Shown here: positions 13,408-26,582 of the stretch, piece by piece
Layout: each line of letters opens with the position of its first letter
Numbering within the stretch: the stretch's first letter is position 1
NCBI GenBank assembly: GCA_030264375.1
Contig: JASCQW010000119.1
Coordinates: forward strand, 48,075,237-48,139,236
Direction: 5' to 3'
From: Carcharhinus longimanus
Lineage: Eukaryota
DNA length: 64,000 nt
Position numbers and translations under genes: made by a program
The notes under the pieces: generated by a model
The model's database searches: none
Told to the model about the DNA's origin: nothing
What the model saw: the letters and a program-made list of their open reading frames with translations, nothing else

Positions 13408-14676
13408 GACAGTGACAGGGAGATATTGAAAATGCTGCTGTGATGATGAAGAACAAGGAAAGTTATGGACAGCATTGCCTTTGAATGAACCCAGTAAGAC
13501 AGTGACAGGGAGATATTGAAAATGCTGCTGTTTGGGAAACTGGAAGCTTACAATCCACATGTTTAAGATTGGTCCCCAGACGCCAAAAGGAAGAGATATT
13601 TCTTCTGGGCAAATGAGGTAGACAGGGACAACTGACAAAAAGTAATCCTCTTGACCACTTGTGGGGCCCCAACTTTCAACATTATAAAGAGTTTAACCTA
13701 CCCAGCAGCCCCAGTTCAAAATCCTCCAATGAATTTGTAGAGATTGTATCGAACCACTACAACTCTGTCTTTGTTCCATTGCAATGCTATATGTATAACA
13801 CAGCAAATAGACTCCCTGGGGAACTTGTCACTGAATTCTTGATAAAATTGCAAAAATTGGCAGAACACTGAGTATGGGTCATCACTCCTGGAAATACTAA
13901 CGGATCATTTTGATGTGCAATTAATAATATTGTAACCCAAAGGAAGCTACAGACTGAATGAACTCTGGACTTCAAGAAAGCCATAGAACTGGCCCTTTTC
14001 TGTGAAAACGTGGAAAAAGGGGCCCAGGAATTTCAGGGGTCCATTGACGGTACCAGCCCCAGCCTTGAACAACTTCATCACGCAGAACCTAGTATCCATA
14101 GATAAGACTCACGTTTCCCATTTGGAGTCAAGAAAGGGCAATTGAAGATGGAGGTTGCGAGATTGCAGAATTAGATGGGAAGAGTGAGAATATCCATGCT
14201 GCAGGTAGTGATAGGGTCTGCCCCAGACAAGGCTATCCGAAACAGGCAAAACTGCCCAGGCCAAAGGGCAAAGCCACCTCAGGACAGGGCTTTGCAAATA
14301 AGTCAACCTGAAAATGAGAAATTGATGCAGCTAAATTGCATTGCGCACCCAAAATGGCTCCAATTGAGATTAAACTTCAGGAAAATAGCTACCTCCAGAC
14401 ATGGAGGTAGACACAAGAGTCGCTGTACTATTATTGGCGAACAACTTGCTATAAGCTTGCAGGACACCAAGTCTAGATTGGCCACATACACTTACATATT
14501 GTTGGGACCAGTGTAAACTCAATTATGTTTAGGCAACAGACAGTCTGAATCTCCCTATTAGTGGTGCAAGGACTAGGGCCCTGTCTTCTGGGAAGAGACT
14601 GGCTACAGAAAATCCACTTGGATTAGAAACATCTTTAAAATGGGCGCTGGCAATTTATAAAAAAATCACTGGAAAG

Positions 14677-15448
14677 TGCTAGGGTACTAGATCAGAAATT
14701 CAAAGATATATTATGAAGGTAGACTAACCCCAACAATTCTGAATTTTGGCATTAGTATCAGATGTCAGTAGTGTCAGTAGTTTTGATGTTTCATTCAATG
14801 CATGATTGTATTGACACACTGGGAAGCTTTTATCCAAAAAAACTTCATTTAACAACATAGTTTAACTGCAATAACTGAATTAGCTTACCCTTTAACAAAT
14901 GAACACTACTTAAACATGACAAGATACAAGTCTTAACTGCTAACCTATTGCTGAGTTCCACTTCAAGCAATATTCCTCTTATAGACTTAAAGCCCTTCTT
15001 TAAAATTAGTTAGCAAAACATAGGCGTACTTGCTTGTCTTAGATTAACAGTTTTGGAGCTTTCGGAACAACTCTGGACAGAGACAGCGAGATACCTGTTT
15101 ACTTCAGGCAGCCCACCTGCAACTGCTTGTATTTTAAACTGAAACTGAAAACAGTATTTACTTCCTGCAAGCTTAGTTCCTCCCATAAAGCACATGGCTC
15201 TGTCCCATCAATCAACCTAATCAAAACTTTCCACTGAAACTCACAAGGGAAACCCAAGTAAACACAAATACATTCACTCTGTTTAAAACAAACACTCCAG
15301 GTGTAAAATGAATACTTGTGTTCCCAGCGAACAATTTAAAGGTTTTGCTTGACAACTCAGCACCCTGCAAAACAGATCTTAATTCTAAACATACCCCGTT
15401 TGAGAAACATGATATAAATATACTTCTTAAAGGCACAGTATCATTACA
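14677..15448 (-). mobile_element. Solo LTR nested in Gypsy pol
   Basis: TG...CA ends, TSD aaag/taag. Both ends resemble the reverse complement of the LTR at 57524-58310. Confidence 0.65.
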
Positions 15449-15954
15449 TAAGTACTGGAAGTGTTCTAAGAAAGCCTCAGGAAAATTAGAGACACTAAGC
15501 CCAAGATCTATGTGGACCCAGCGACCCGACCTCACTACTCCAAGGCATGACTGGTTCCCTATGCCCTACGTGCCAAATTTTACAGGCCTTATTGAAACAT
15601 CTAGAGGAACTTTGCATTATTCACTCCGTACAATTTTCTTAATTGGCTGTGCCAGTAGTCCCAGTTTTCAAATCTGACAATTTGGTCCGTCTCTGTCGGA
15701 ATTATAAATTGACGGTCAATACAGCCTCCCACTTAGACAGATACCCTATCTACACAGAGAAGACTTATATGTGAAACTGGCTTGGTGGGGCTCACATATT
15801 TTCCAAATTAGACATGAGCTATGCCTACCTCCTACTGGAGTTTGTGGCATCATCCAGGAAATATGCCCATCATAAATACTCGCAAAGGACTGTATGAGTA
15901 TACTCGCTTGCCCTTTGGGGTACCTTCAGCTTGCTCCATTTTTCAAAGGAAGAT

Positions 15955-16206
15955 AAGAACATAAGAAATAGGAGCAGGAGTAGGCCATCTAGCCCTTCAA
16001 GCCTGCCCTGCCATTCAATAAGATCATGGNNNNNNNNNNNNNNNNNNNNNNNNNNNNNNNNNNNNNNNNNNNNNNNNNNNNNNNNNNNNNNNNNNNNNNN
16101 NNNNNNNNNNNNNNNNNNNNNNNNNNNNNTCCATCCCATTCATCATCTTATACATCTCAATGAGATCTCCCCTCATTCTTCTAAACTCTTAACGAGTACA
16201 AGCCTA
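15955..16206 (-). mobile_element. CR1 3' end (spans gap) inserted in Gypsy RT
   Basis: aagaacataagaaatagg tail and an aagat/aagat duplication; the host IFQRK|MQNILQ is rejoined. Confidence 0.7.
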
Positions 16207-18740
16207 AAGATGCAGAACATCCTTCAAGAGGTGCCCAAAATGGCAGTCTATCTGAATTACATCTTAATCTCAGAAGCTACTGCAAAAGAACATTTGGAGA
16301 GTTTAAAGGATACCTTTATGACTTTTTCCTGATGCTAACGCCTGACTAAAAAGGGAAAAATATGTTTACTGGATTAACGAGATAACATACCTTGGGTACA
16401 AAGTTGACAAGGATGGATAATAACCTGTTGAAAAGAAGGTTAAGGCCATAAAAGGGACTCTTGACGCCAAAGAACACAACGGAGTTGAAGTCTTTCCTAG
16501 GTCTCGTAAATTACTATGGAAAATTCATTCCAAACTTGGAACCCTGCTGGCCTCCCTCCATGTACTGTTAAAAAAAATCAGAAATGCCACAAGAGAAAAC
16601 CTTTGCAAACATCAATCAACAATTGCTGTCAACAAATATCCAGCCCATTATGATCCACTGAGATCATTCATTGTAACCTGCGATGCCTCTCCCTATGAGA
16701 TAGGAGTGGCATTATGTAGTGTTGGAATGACGGGACAGAACATCCAATTGCATACGCATCACGAATCCTAGTGGATGCAGAGAGTAAGTATGCCCAGATC
16801 AAAAAAGAAAGTTTGGCCATGGTGCTTGTGGTGAAAAAGTTCCACCAGTATATCTATGGTCAGCATTTCCCCACAGTGACCAACCACAAACCTCTGCTGG
16901 GCCTCTCCAAGGAGGACAGGATAATTCCTCCCATCGCATCAGCCAGATCCAATACTGGGCACTGCTATTAAGCGCCTATGAAAACACCCTAGAACATCAT
17001 CCAGGGAGACATATAGCCAATGTGGATGCCTTGAGTCAGCTGCTGCTACCCACCAGCCTACCTTCAACTCCAAAGGTGAATGAAATTGTCTTGACTCTGA
17101 ACTTCATGGACACTTAGCCAGAATCCACCAAGTAAATCCAGGCCCTACTTTGGTGAAACTACGTCAGATTGTCCTAAGTGATGAACCAGAAGGGTTTGAA
17201 GGATTTGACACCTTATCTCCCTAAATATCAGGAGGTGAGTCTAGAAAATGGCAGCATCTTGTGCGGTGCCTGATGGTTGTCCTGTATCCATACCAGTGAC
17301 GAATACTTCAAGAATTGCAAAATAGCCATGCAGGAATTTCTTGCAAGGAGCTATGTTTGGTGGCTTGGCTTAAATAGTGATATCAAGTGAGAAAGTCAGG
17401 CAGGGAAGCAGGTAGTAGGGGAAAGTCAGCGAGAGAGAATGTCTCACGCACGCTCTGTTGGCCCCAGTGCAAAGTGATACTAAAGCAGAAGTTCCAACAC
17501 TAAGTGCATATACTGGCCCTAATATAGTCAATGCTAAAGCAAAAATAATGCAACTCAAAACAAGGACTTCTTGTCTTGAAAAGTGTCTTGATATTCTCTG
17601 AATTCTCTTCCTGCTGTTTTAGAAAGAACATTTATCCGAGTTATTTTTTTGTTTAAAAATTTACCTTTATCTCCATGAAAATAACAGAAGGAGCAATTGT
17701 ATTATGTTGCTAAGGTCTTAAGAGTTCACTAACCAGTGGTAAAAGATTGGCTGAAAACTGCCAAATTGGTCATCGGAATAAACATTATTGCAGAATTATT
17801 TAATATCTTGCAAATACTGGTTAGGTGACTTCAAGGGATAGCATTGCGATGGGGGCAGTACTTTACAACATTTAAAAATACTTTTAAAGTAGAAATTTAT
17901 GAAAATAATCACAAAATAATTGTAAACATTTCTATGAACAGTTGAAATATATTGCTATAAAAATCAATTCATTAATTACAATTTTTTAACACCAGAGGGC
18001 AAGCTTGGCTCAAACAACTACCTGATCATAAATAACTCATCTCAAACCAAACTGTGAAAAGGCAAAAATGTCATTCAGCTGCAATATCAATTGTATGGAA
18101 TAAATCTACAGATGTATTTAATTTTTACTATTTCCTGCCTCTTCAATGTCATAATTTATTTTCTCCTGGCTCATCTATATCTTCCTTTACCTTAGCAACC
18201 TATTCCCAGATCTTAGAGGATAGTACTTTTATTGTTAGTTAGAGAGCACAGAGGAAACAACTGAGCCAAAACAGGCATGCTTTATCACTTTATGACAATA
18301 TTGGTGCACATTTTGTCACCCTAATGTAAATAGGCTTTCCAGTTTTGTTGTATGTTTTTAATACAACTGTCAATTCACCAGGTGGATCGTAATTGTATGC
18401 CTTTTTTATGCTTTAAAAAAAATCATCAGAGCAATCAACATCAAGTTAAATCAGTAAAGGTACACTTATTAAGTATGTTATTTACTCAGCAAAGCAAACT
18501 GAGCTACTTGGGCATAAGCTTCCTTACAAATTTATTCAGACACAAGTTAGGTTTTAATTAGCCTGATGATACTATAGAGAATTCCTAGTAAGAATATTTC
18601 ATATTTATCTTGTAATTTGTGTTTTATTGGTGCTAAAATAAGCAAGTGTAAAATGTTTCATTAAGTGGAAGCTTTATCAACTAAACAAGGAAAATCGTAA
18701 ATATATATTATGAAATGTCATCATTATTTGTCAGACTTAC

Positions 18741-18850
18741 CAGTTCTTGATGTGCACTCATAAACTGGAGTTTCATCTGCTTCAGATATGTGGCAGTAAT
18801 GGGCATATTATAATCTATCATGCCAGCCAATGAGGAAGGTCTTTCGTTTT
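18741..18850 (-). CDS. NOL4L: NOL4-family coding exon, 110 bp, phase 1/0: (E)NERPSSLAGMIDYNMPITATYLKQMKLQFMSAHQEL
   Basis: Not in the ORF track; read manually. Acceptor tattttacag|, donor CTG|GTAAGT, phase compatible with the previous exon. Contains the IDYNMP...YLKQMKL motif of NOL4/NOL4L. Confidence 0.9.
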
Positions 18851-18953
18851 CTGTAAAATAAACTATATTATGATTTATTGTTTCCATGCATCAGGAATGA
18901 AATTAATTGTTCCTGCAGAAATATACCAGGTTCAATAAATTTTCAGCATTTAC

Positions 18954-19065
18954 CTTTTGAGTCCACACCATTCGGGTTTATGTGCATTCGCTTTTGACAT
19001 TCGGTGCAGCTCATTAGAAACCTTGTCACTGCTTCTCTTGGGAGAAATGCATATGTCTCAGCAAT
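18954..19065 (-). CDS. NOL4L: NOL4-family coding exon, 112 bp, phase 0/1: IAETYAFLPREAVTRFLMSCTECQKRMHINPNGVDSK
   Basis: Acceptor aaaaccag|ATT, donor AAAG|GTAAAT. Splices in frame with the upstream exon. YAFLPREAVTRFLMSCxECQKRMH is the hallmark NOL4/NOL4L motif. Confidence 0.92.
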
Positions 19066-20239
19066 CTGGTTTTGAGAAATGGAGAATATTTCAGTTAGGA
19101 TGAAATCACTATTTGATTTACGAAGGCAATCTGTAATTGAAGACATAAAATTGTGCTGGACAGAAAAGAAATCTTCTTTCACGCTTATTAAACACCTGTC
19201 ACTTCACGACTTGATCTGTATAATCATTAAGTGTTAGCATTTGTAGATTAGAATAAAATTGTTGCTGCAATATAAAGATTTCATTGGTTGCCACAGAAAC
19301 GCAGTACATTCTTAGAATGATCTAAACAGTTGGTTAGCGTACTATATGATTTATAGTTAAGGTTCAGATAGTGGAAATACATATAAACAAATATATCCAA
19401 GTTACTCTTATACATGATATTACAAATTTTACTTTATTCATAATCAGTGGCAACTTAGTTTTTAAAAATAGCTTTATTAATGGTTAATTGCAATATTTAC
19501 AAGAATATTTGTTTAAGAATTGAAGCAGTGTACTGAGAAAAATCAACACAATACAAAGCACAATTACATTTCAACCTCACAAAATTTTATAAATGAAAGC
19601 CATGTTTCATCAAAAGCACTTAGAAGTAACTTTATTGGCTCTTTCCCATGTGCAGACTATAGCATTTTTATTTTATATTTCTTCATTAGATTTTCAAACA
19701 ACTATCCATGTAATAGTTACATATCCTTGTTGTGTTCCAGGCATAACTTTCCTACATGCCATATCATTGATGTAAAAATATTTATAACATCATTTTTTGG
19801 AATTACTGCTCTAATTTCTCTTTCCTACATCCTGCTTATAATCACTCCCTCCAGCTTCCACTGGCCACATTTCCCCAATATCAGTAACAGTCACCCTCCT
19901 GAGCAAAGGTCACACTTGATTCTCCACTTACACCAAGGGACAAGATCATGGTCACTTAGTGCCAAACAACTTTTAACATGTCTCTTTGGAGCAAGTACAA
20001 TTTTAAATTGTCTTAATCACATTATTTACTTTCTACAGATAGTCTACAAATTGATCCATGTTGTTTGCTGGTTACCCTAACCATAAACATCATAAGTGTA
20101 TCATTCTGATTCAGTGTGTCCTGAGAAAAAATGTTAACATTGTAGGTGACGAAGAATCATAAAATCTTGAAAATAAACTAAACCAGTACAGGCAAAAAAA
20201 ATGTTCAGCTTCTATTTCAATTTTTAGAAGACGACAGAT

Positions 20240-21310
20240 CATCATCAACAATATGCATTTCTTTAATTTAGCAAATGTCCCTAGGCACATCACAGGAACA
20301 TTGTAAAGTAAAATACGCCACAGAGCCATGGCAATTGGGCCTGGTCACAGAGGCAAGTCTAAGGAGTATCTTAAAGGAAGAAGGAAAGTAAAGATCAGAG
20401 AGGTTTAGTGAGAGAATTCCAGAGCATTGAACATTGGCAGCTAAAGGCACAGCCATTGATGGGGGAGCAATTAAAATGAGGGATGCTTAGGAGGCTAGAA
20501 TTGCACAACTGTCTGAAGGGGTCATGGAACTGGAAAAGATTACAGAGATGGGGAGAAACAAGGCCATGAAGCGATTTGAAAATAGATGAAAATTTTAAAA
20601 TAGAGGCGAGATGATGATGCCTGGTGCAAGCTTTGAGTGATTTTAAGTTTACATAGAGTAGAATGTGGGAACATCCCCAAGAGTGCATTGGATTAGTTAA
20701 ATCTAGAAATAACAAAGGCAGAGATATACAGCAGAAGGGCTGAGGATGGGTGGAGTCAATTATGTTATGCAAGTGGAGGTATGTCGACTTAATGATGATG
20801 TAGATATTTGGTTGGATGTCACCTTTGCGTCAAATATAAGATTGCAAAGGATCTGACTCAATCACAGACAATTGTCAGGAAGAGGGCTGGAGTTGATAGC
20901 TAGAGAACAGAGTCTGAAATGGGAAATGAAGATAATGTCTGCAATCCTCCCAATGTTTAATTGGAAGACATTTCTGTTCATCTAATTCTAAATGTCAAAC
21001 AAATAATCTGCCAATTCATAGGCAATGGCAGAATCGAGAGAGGTGATGGGGGAAGCAGGGATATGTGTCATAGTTTACATGTGACAACTGGTGCTGTGTT
21101 TTTGGATAATGTCACCAATGGGCAGCATGTAAATGTGAAATATGAGAGGGTCAATGATAGATCTTTTGTATTACCAGAGGTAATGATGCAGTAGTGGGAA
21201 GAAAAAACATTTCAGGTGATGTCTAACTATAATTGATAGGAACAGAACCAGGTGAACGACAGTGGAGAGGCACTGGAGGAGGATAGTTTGGTCAAGTATT
21301 TTAAAAGCTA
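20240..21310 (-). mobile_element. L2 LINE 3' portion
   Basis: ..FKSLHGLVSPHLCNLFQ..; L2-type tail near 20250-20300. Confidence 0.7.
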
Positions 21311-24300
21311 TAGCCAGGTCGAGAAGGACAAGGACATTTTGGAGGGCAGGCTGATTTCTATTGTGCTGATGTACAGTATTGCTGCATAGCTTGAACTGTA
21401 GTTTTGTGATGTTTTTCTACTTTTTTCCCCTGAATGTTGGTCAATTATTCTAAATACAATGCAATCAGAGTTGTAATAGCAATGTTCCAATTTACTGCGG
21501 CTTTCTCAACATCAGCTAGATTATTTGATACTGTACTAGTAAATAAATCATGATGAAACAGAGTTCATCAAAAATAAATTTTGATAAGTATTTTGACATG
21601 ACAAATTTCCTATTCTAACTGTATGTAGGAAAAATAAATCTGCAATGGATGAATGATGATACAAACCAAAGAGTGTAAAACAATATTCTATACACCTTAT
21701 GCTCTGCATAATCAGGCTCATTTAACTCTATTAGCACAATAACATATGTAAAATAAAATGTTTAACTAGAGTATTTAGAATGAAAAATAGTTATAAAAAA
21801 AAATCTATAGTTCAGCCCCTGTTTGCCCTCAGGAATAAAAGATTAAGATTTCAGTGTTTAGAAAGCTGTTTATTTGGAGAGTTGTCTGACAAAATCAGGC
21901 TTAGCATCAATCACAAACTTTACATGTTAAAAATGATGAAGCATCATCAAAAATGTTTCTTTAGCACTCTGGTAACCAAATAAATACTATGCCTGTGGAG
22001 ACAAAAATCCTAACTATTAAATGCCTACAGCAAATAGATTAATTGAAAAAGTAGATATTAATGGTTAGACTGTTCAGATATTGAACTGTTCATAGATATT
22101 GAAATACATTTGTAATATTCAGTTATGATTGTGATGAAATGGGATGCTTCTGAGTGCATTTACATGTGTATTGTAATGAGACACATTTGCAAAAGTGGCA
22201 TTTCGCCCACAATTCAAATAATCTGACATAGTGTTTGCTCCCAATGATTACATGCCATTGTACACAAGCCATACACATATTGATAAGGTTCAAAACTTGT
22301 GGATTTTTTTTAAAAACTTACGTGCAAAACAAGTTCTCATCTGTTGAATTCAGAACCAAATGATTAAAAATGAATGTGATAAATACTGTTTCTTTAATCA
22401 ATTGAATTGATTAGATGTAATTTGTTTCAACTATGCAGGTATTCTATATAAGATCCAATGGTGTCAACTTTAATATCACTTTTGTGTTAGTCTAAAGGCT
22501 TAAGGTTGAAGAAAAATTGTCATTTTTAGAGACAAGGAAAAGTACTACAGAAAGCCAAACTGTTGACAACATTTTAACTGTTTATTTATCTGGGAAAAAA
22601 ACTGAAAGTTAAATATCTTCTCTCCGTTTAGCAGGAAACTAAATAATTGTAAATTGATGTGTAAAGCCTGAAATTTGTTTCTTTCCTTTTACAAATAATC
22701 TCAAGAGCAGTAAAGGATGGGCCACAACATCCACATCCCATTAAAGAATGGAAAAATTACATCACAGAATAATAAACTTTGCTTTATTACAAATTAAACT
22801 CTCTCATCAATTATTCTAAACAATAAAACATACTTTTAACTTATTTACATATGAATATGTTGGAGATTGTCTATACATCAGCAGGGGAGGCTTCTAATAT
22901 TGAAGTTATTCTGTTAATTATGAAATGAAATAACTAGATTTCATACTCAGGTTTTCAAGTTATTCCCAGAATCTTCAACAGAGCCTAAAAGGAAAAGTAA
23001 AATTAAAACATTTTCATTTACAGTTTAGTGATGTCTTAAAACTCATTCTTTACAATGTTTTCAAAGGCATCACTAAATTCACAGGCTCTCCATTATACAA
23101 GATGAAAGGCTATATTTTATTCTTTCAATAAAAGGGTTAAGACTGATATAAATAAAGATAAAATAGCATGTTTCATGATTGTCAATCAACATGGTGATGA
23201 GCAATCTTCCTGCAGAATATTTGTGAAACCTGAAACAATCAAAATGCATGTGATAATTCTCCTTTCACCCTTCACAAGCTGCTGTCAAGTTACTTAACTG
23301 GTACAAATTATGAAGATGCTATTAATTCAGCTGTGGCACAAAAGTAGTACAACATTTGAGAAAAAGAATTCCATTTCCTGATATGGCAGAGTAACTTAAA
23401 TGAGCAACACAAAATGTGTGTCAAAATATTCTGGAACTCATGAACTTGACTCTACCACTGTAAGGAAGTCTGGAAGAAATTTTTCAAGTGCCAATCTTGC
23501 AATAACCATATTTGTTTTGATAGACTAAACCTGCAAACCATACAAACACCACAACAGATAATGCATCCTCCCAGAAGCAACCGTGAATTTCCAAGCAAAC
23601 AAATTTTACATCAATGAGTCTATGCTTAATAGTTTGTGTAATGGTAATGTATATACAAATGAAAAAAGTTACAAATGTACTTTATATTGTCCTTCTTTCT
23701 TCATAAATCACAGAGAACTATGTGGTTACCAGCATGAATTTGAAGAGCACTAATTTTGTCCCCTTGAAGCAAGTGTTGTTACAGATGTAGACACTTCATG
23801 ACAAATATATAGTGATTTGCAAGAATACAGAGAAGCATAGGGTATTGGTGGAGGATCTGTCGAATTGGGGAACACGAGAGATAAACTGATGTTAGAAAAA
23901 TGTGCCTATTTTGCTACCAGCTCCTCCTGGGCTGTTGCAGGATACAAATTTTCATGGAGGTCTTTTCCAATAGTGGATTTAAATCATGAGCATGAATGTG
24001 AAGAGACATACAATTATTTTTTCCAATATAGTAAAACAAATTATTGTTCTGTTCCCAAGCTCTGCGGTCAGCTGTGAGATTTGGGTATATTTCATGCAAA
24101 TATGCAACCTTTAAGTTTCAGAACTGATTTAACTGTTGGAGTAGTAAGGTTGGTGGAAGAAAAAGGAGCAATTCCGCACTATTTCTAGTGTTCCCTGATA
24201 GCTTTCCAGTTTATAGTCCAAACTCCACCCATCTGATTTCTCCTTCATAATTCTGCTTCAGCTAGTATGGTCAAAGTCAACTTTAGCATTAAATGAGAAG

Positions 24301-24329
24301 AATGAGGAATTAAGTGATTTTATGTTTCA

Positions 24330-26290
24330 ATAAGATCATCTCTCATTCTTCTAATCTCCAAAGGATATAGGCCCAACCTGTTCAACCTTTCTTCATTGGA
24401 TAATCCATTCATCTCAGGAATGAGTCAAGTGGACCTTTTCTAGACTGCTTCTAACACAATTATATCAGTTTTCAAATCAGGAGACAAAAATTGTCACAGT
24501 ATTCCAGATGTGATCTCACCAAGGCCTTGTACAGTTGCAGGAAAACTTCCCTATTTTTCTGTTCCATTCCCCTTGCAATAAATGCTATAATTCCATTTGC
24601 CTTCTGAATTGCTTGCTGTACCTGCATACTAAATGTTTGTGACTCATGTAACAGGACATCCAGATCCCTCTGTACCACTGAGTTCTGCAATTCCTCTCCT
24701 TTTAAATTGTATATTGCTTTTCCATTCTTCCTGCCAAAGTGGACAAGTTCACATTTTCCCACATTATATTCTATCTGCCAAGTTTTTTCCCATTCGCATA
24801 ACCTGTCTATATCCCTTTGCAAACTCTCCACTTCCTAATGACAACTTGCTTTCCTACCATTCTTGATGTTATTGGTAAATTTAGCTACCATACAATCGGT
24901 TCTTTCATCCAAATCATTGATACAGATTGTTAATAGTTAAGGCCCTAGCAGCCATCCCTCGGCACTCCACTAGTTAGCTTTTCAGCCTGAAAAAGACCCA
25001 TTTATCCCTACTATTTGCTTCCTTTTAGCTAATCAATCCTTTCTCCATGCCAAAAGGTTACGCCTACACATGTGCTCTTATCTTGTGCAATAACCTTTGA
25101 TGTGGCAATCAAATGTCCTTTGGAATTCCAAGTATACCACATTTACCAATTCCCTTTTATTCATCTAGCTTGTTCCTTCCTCAAAGCACTCTAGTAATTA
25201 AGCATAATTTCCTTTTACAAAAATATGTTGACTCTGCCTGTTCACATAATTTTCTAAGCATCCAGCTACAAACCTCTTTAATAAGGGATTCCAGCAATTT
25301 CTCTGTATGTTACACTAATTGGTGATTTCTGTCCCCTTCCTTTCTTGAAGAAATGTTACACTGGCTATTTTCCATTCCACTGGACCCCTTTCAGAATCTA
25401 AGGAAGATTACAACCATTGTATCTACCATATCTATAAACACCTCTTTTAAGCTGCTAAGATGCATGTCATCTTGTCCTGGTGACTGTCAGCCTTTAGGTC
25501 TAAGTTTTCCCAGTTATGGTGATTGTTTCAAGTTCCTCCCTCCCATTTGCTGACTGCTTTTCAAGTATTTTTGGAAAGTTTTCTAAATCCTCTGCAATGA
25601 AGACAAACACAAAATACATGTTCAACACCTCTGCTATTACCTTATTTTCCATTATCAATTCCCTAGCATCATCCTCAAGAGGACCAAATCTAGTTTTAGT
25701 TACAGTTCTTTTATTTAAATTATAGAAACTCTTCATATCTGTTTTTATTTTACTTGCTATCTTTCTCTGATACTCAGCTTTCTCCCTCTTTTATTATTTC
25801 TGTAACCATTCTTTGCTGGGTCTTGAAATTTGACCAACCTTCTGACCAACCACTAATCTTTGTAGATTTGCACAGTGTCTTTTTCAATTTGATGCAACCC
25901 TTAACATATTTATTCAACCATGCATGATGCTCAAAGAATTTTTTTTTTCTTACTGGGATAAATCTTCGCTGAGAATGATTAAATTTCTCCTTAACAGTCT
26001 GCACTGCATTTCCACCATCCTTCCTTTTAAACTTGCCAGTTCATTTTAGCCAGCTCTGAAGTCACACTCTGTAATTATCATTATTTAGGTCTAAAACATT
26101 AATTTTTGATATATACATCAGCCCCTCAAACTGAACATGATGTTCTACCATGTTAAGATCGCCGCACCTAATAGCTCCTTTACCAGGAGATTTTTGATTA
26201 ATGTTGCCTTATTGCTCCTTACTAGGTTCAGACTAGGCTGCTCCCTCATTGGCTCTAGAACATACTGTTCTAAGAAATTGTCTCACATAT
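24330..26290 (-). mobile_element. CR1 LINE ORF2 fragment
   Basis: ESLQRDIDRLCEW..WQIEYNVGKCELVHFG...LYKALVRSHLEYC; GPLEDDARELIMENK. Confidence 0.85.
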
Positions 26291-26354
26291 ACTCATAGAA
26301 TCATGGAATCCCTAGTGCAGAAGGAGACCATCACATGTGTTCCCTAAGTAAAAT

Positions 26355-26582
26355 TAAAAATTCCCCTGCCATCATTTTTAAGAAGAGTAGGAGAGTTTTC
26401 TCTGGCATTTTGGTCAATATTTTATTCTTAATCAAAATGACAGAAACAGATCATTTGATCATTATACACATTGGTGTTTTTGTTGTGCAAACTGGCAGTG
26501 AAGTATTTCATTAGCTGTAAGATATTTTGTGGCATCCTGTGGTCATGAAAGGATCTATATAAATGTAAATATTTATTTCTTT
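26355..26582 (+). mobile_element. Deu-domain SINE (SacSINE1-like) remnant
   Basis: gaagagtaggagagttttctctggc...tatataaatgtaa L2-type tail. Related copies lie at ~34260-34640, ~38470-38780 (minus) and ~53215-53600. Confidence 0.55.

Larger units (their letters stand above)
12970..17375 (+). mobile_element. Decayed Gypsy LTR retrotransposon (LTR-gag-PR-RT-RH, truncated in integrase zinc finger)
   Basis: LTR with TATA/AATAAA, PBS-like tgacgatgagga (~13236), gag (..RLPGELVTEFLIKLQKLAEH), protease (MEVDT..; GPCLLGRDWLQ), RT (FSKLDMSYAY; YTRLPFG; YLNYILI), RNase H (CDASPY; YAQIKKE; VTNHKPL). Confidence 0.85.

Noticed and set aside
19520-20080. Longest ORF in the track (186 aa, plus strand)
   Set aside because: Non-ATG start, AT-rich, no recognisable domain, antisense within an intron; likely chance.
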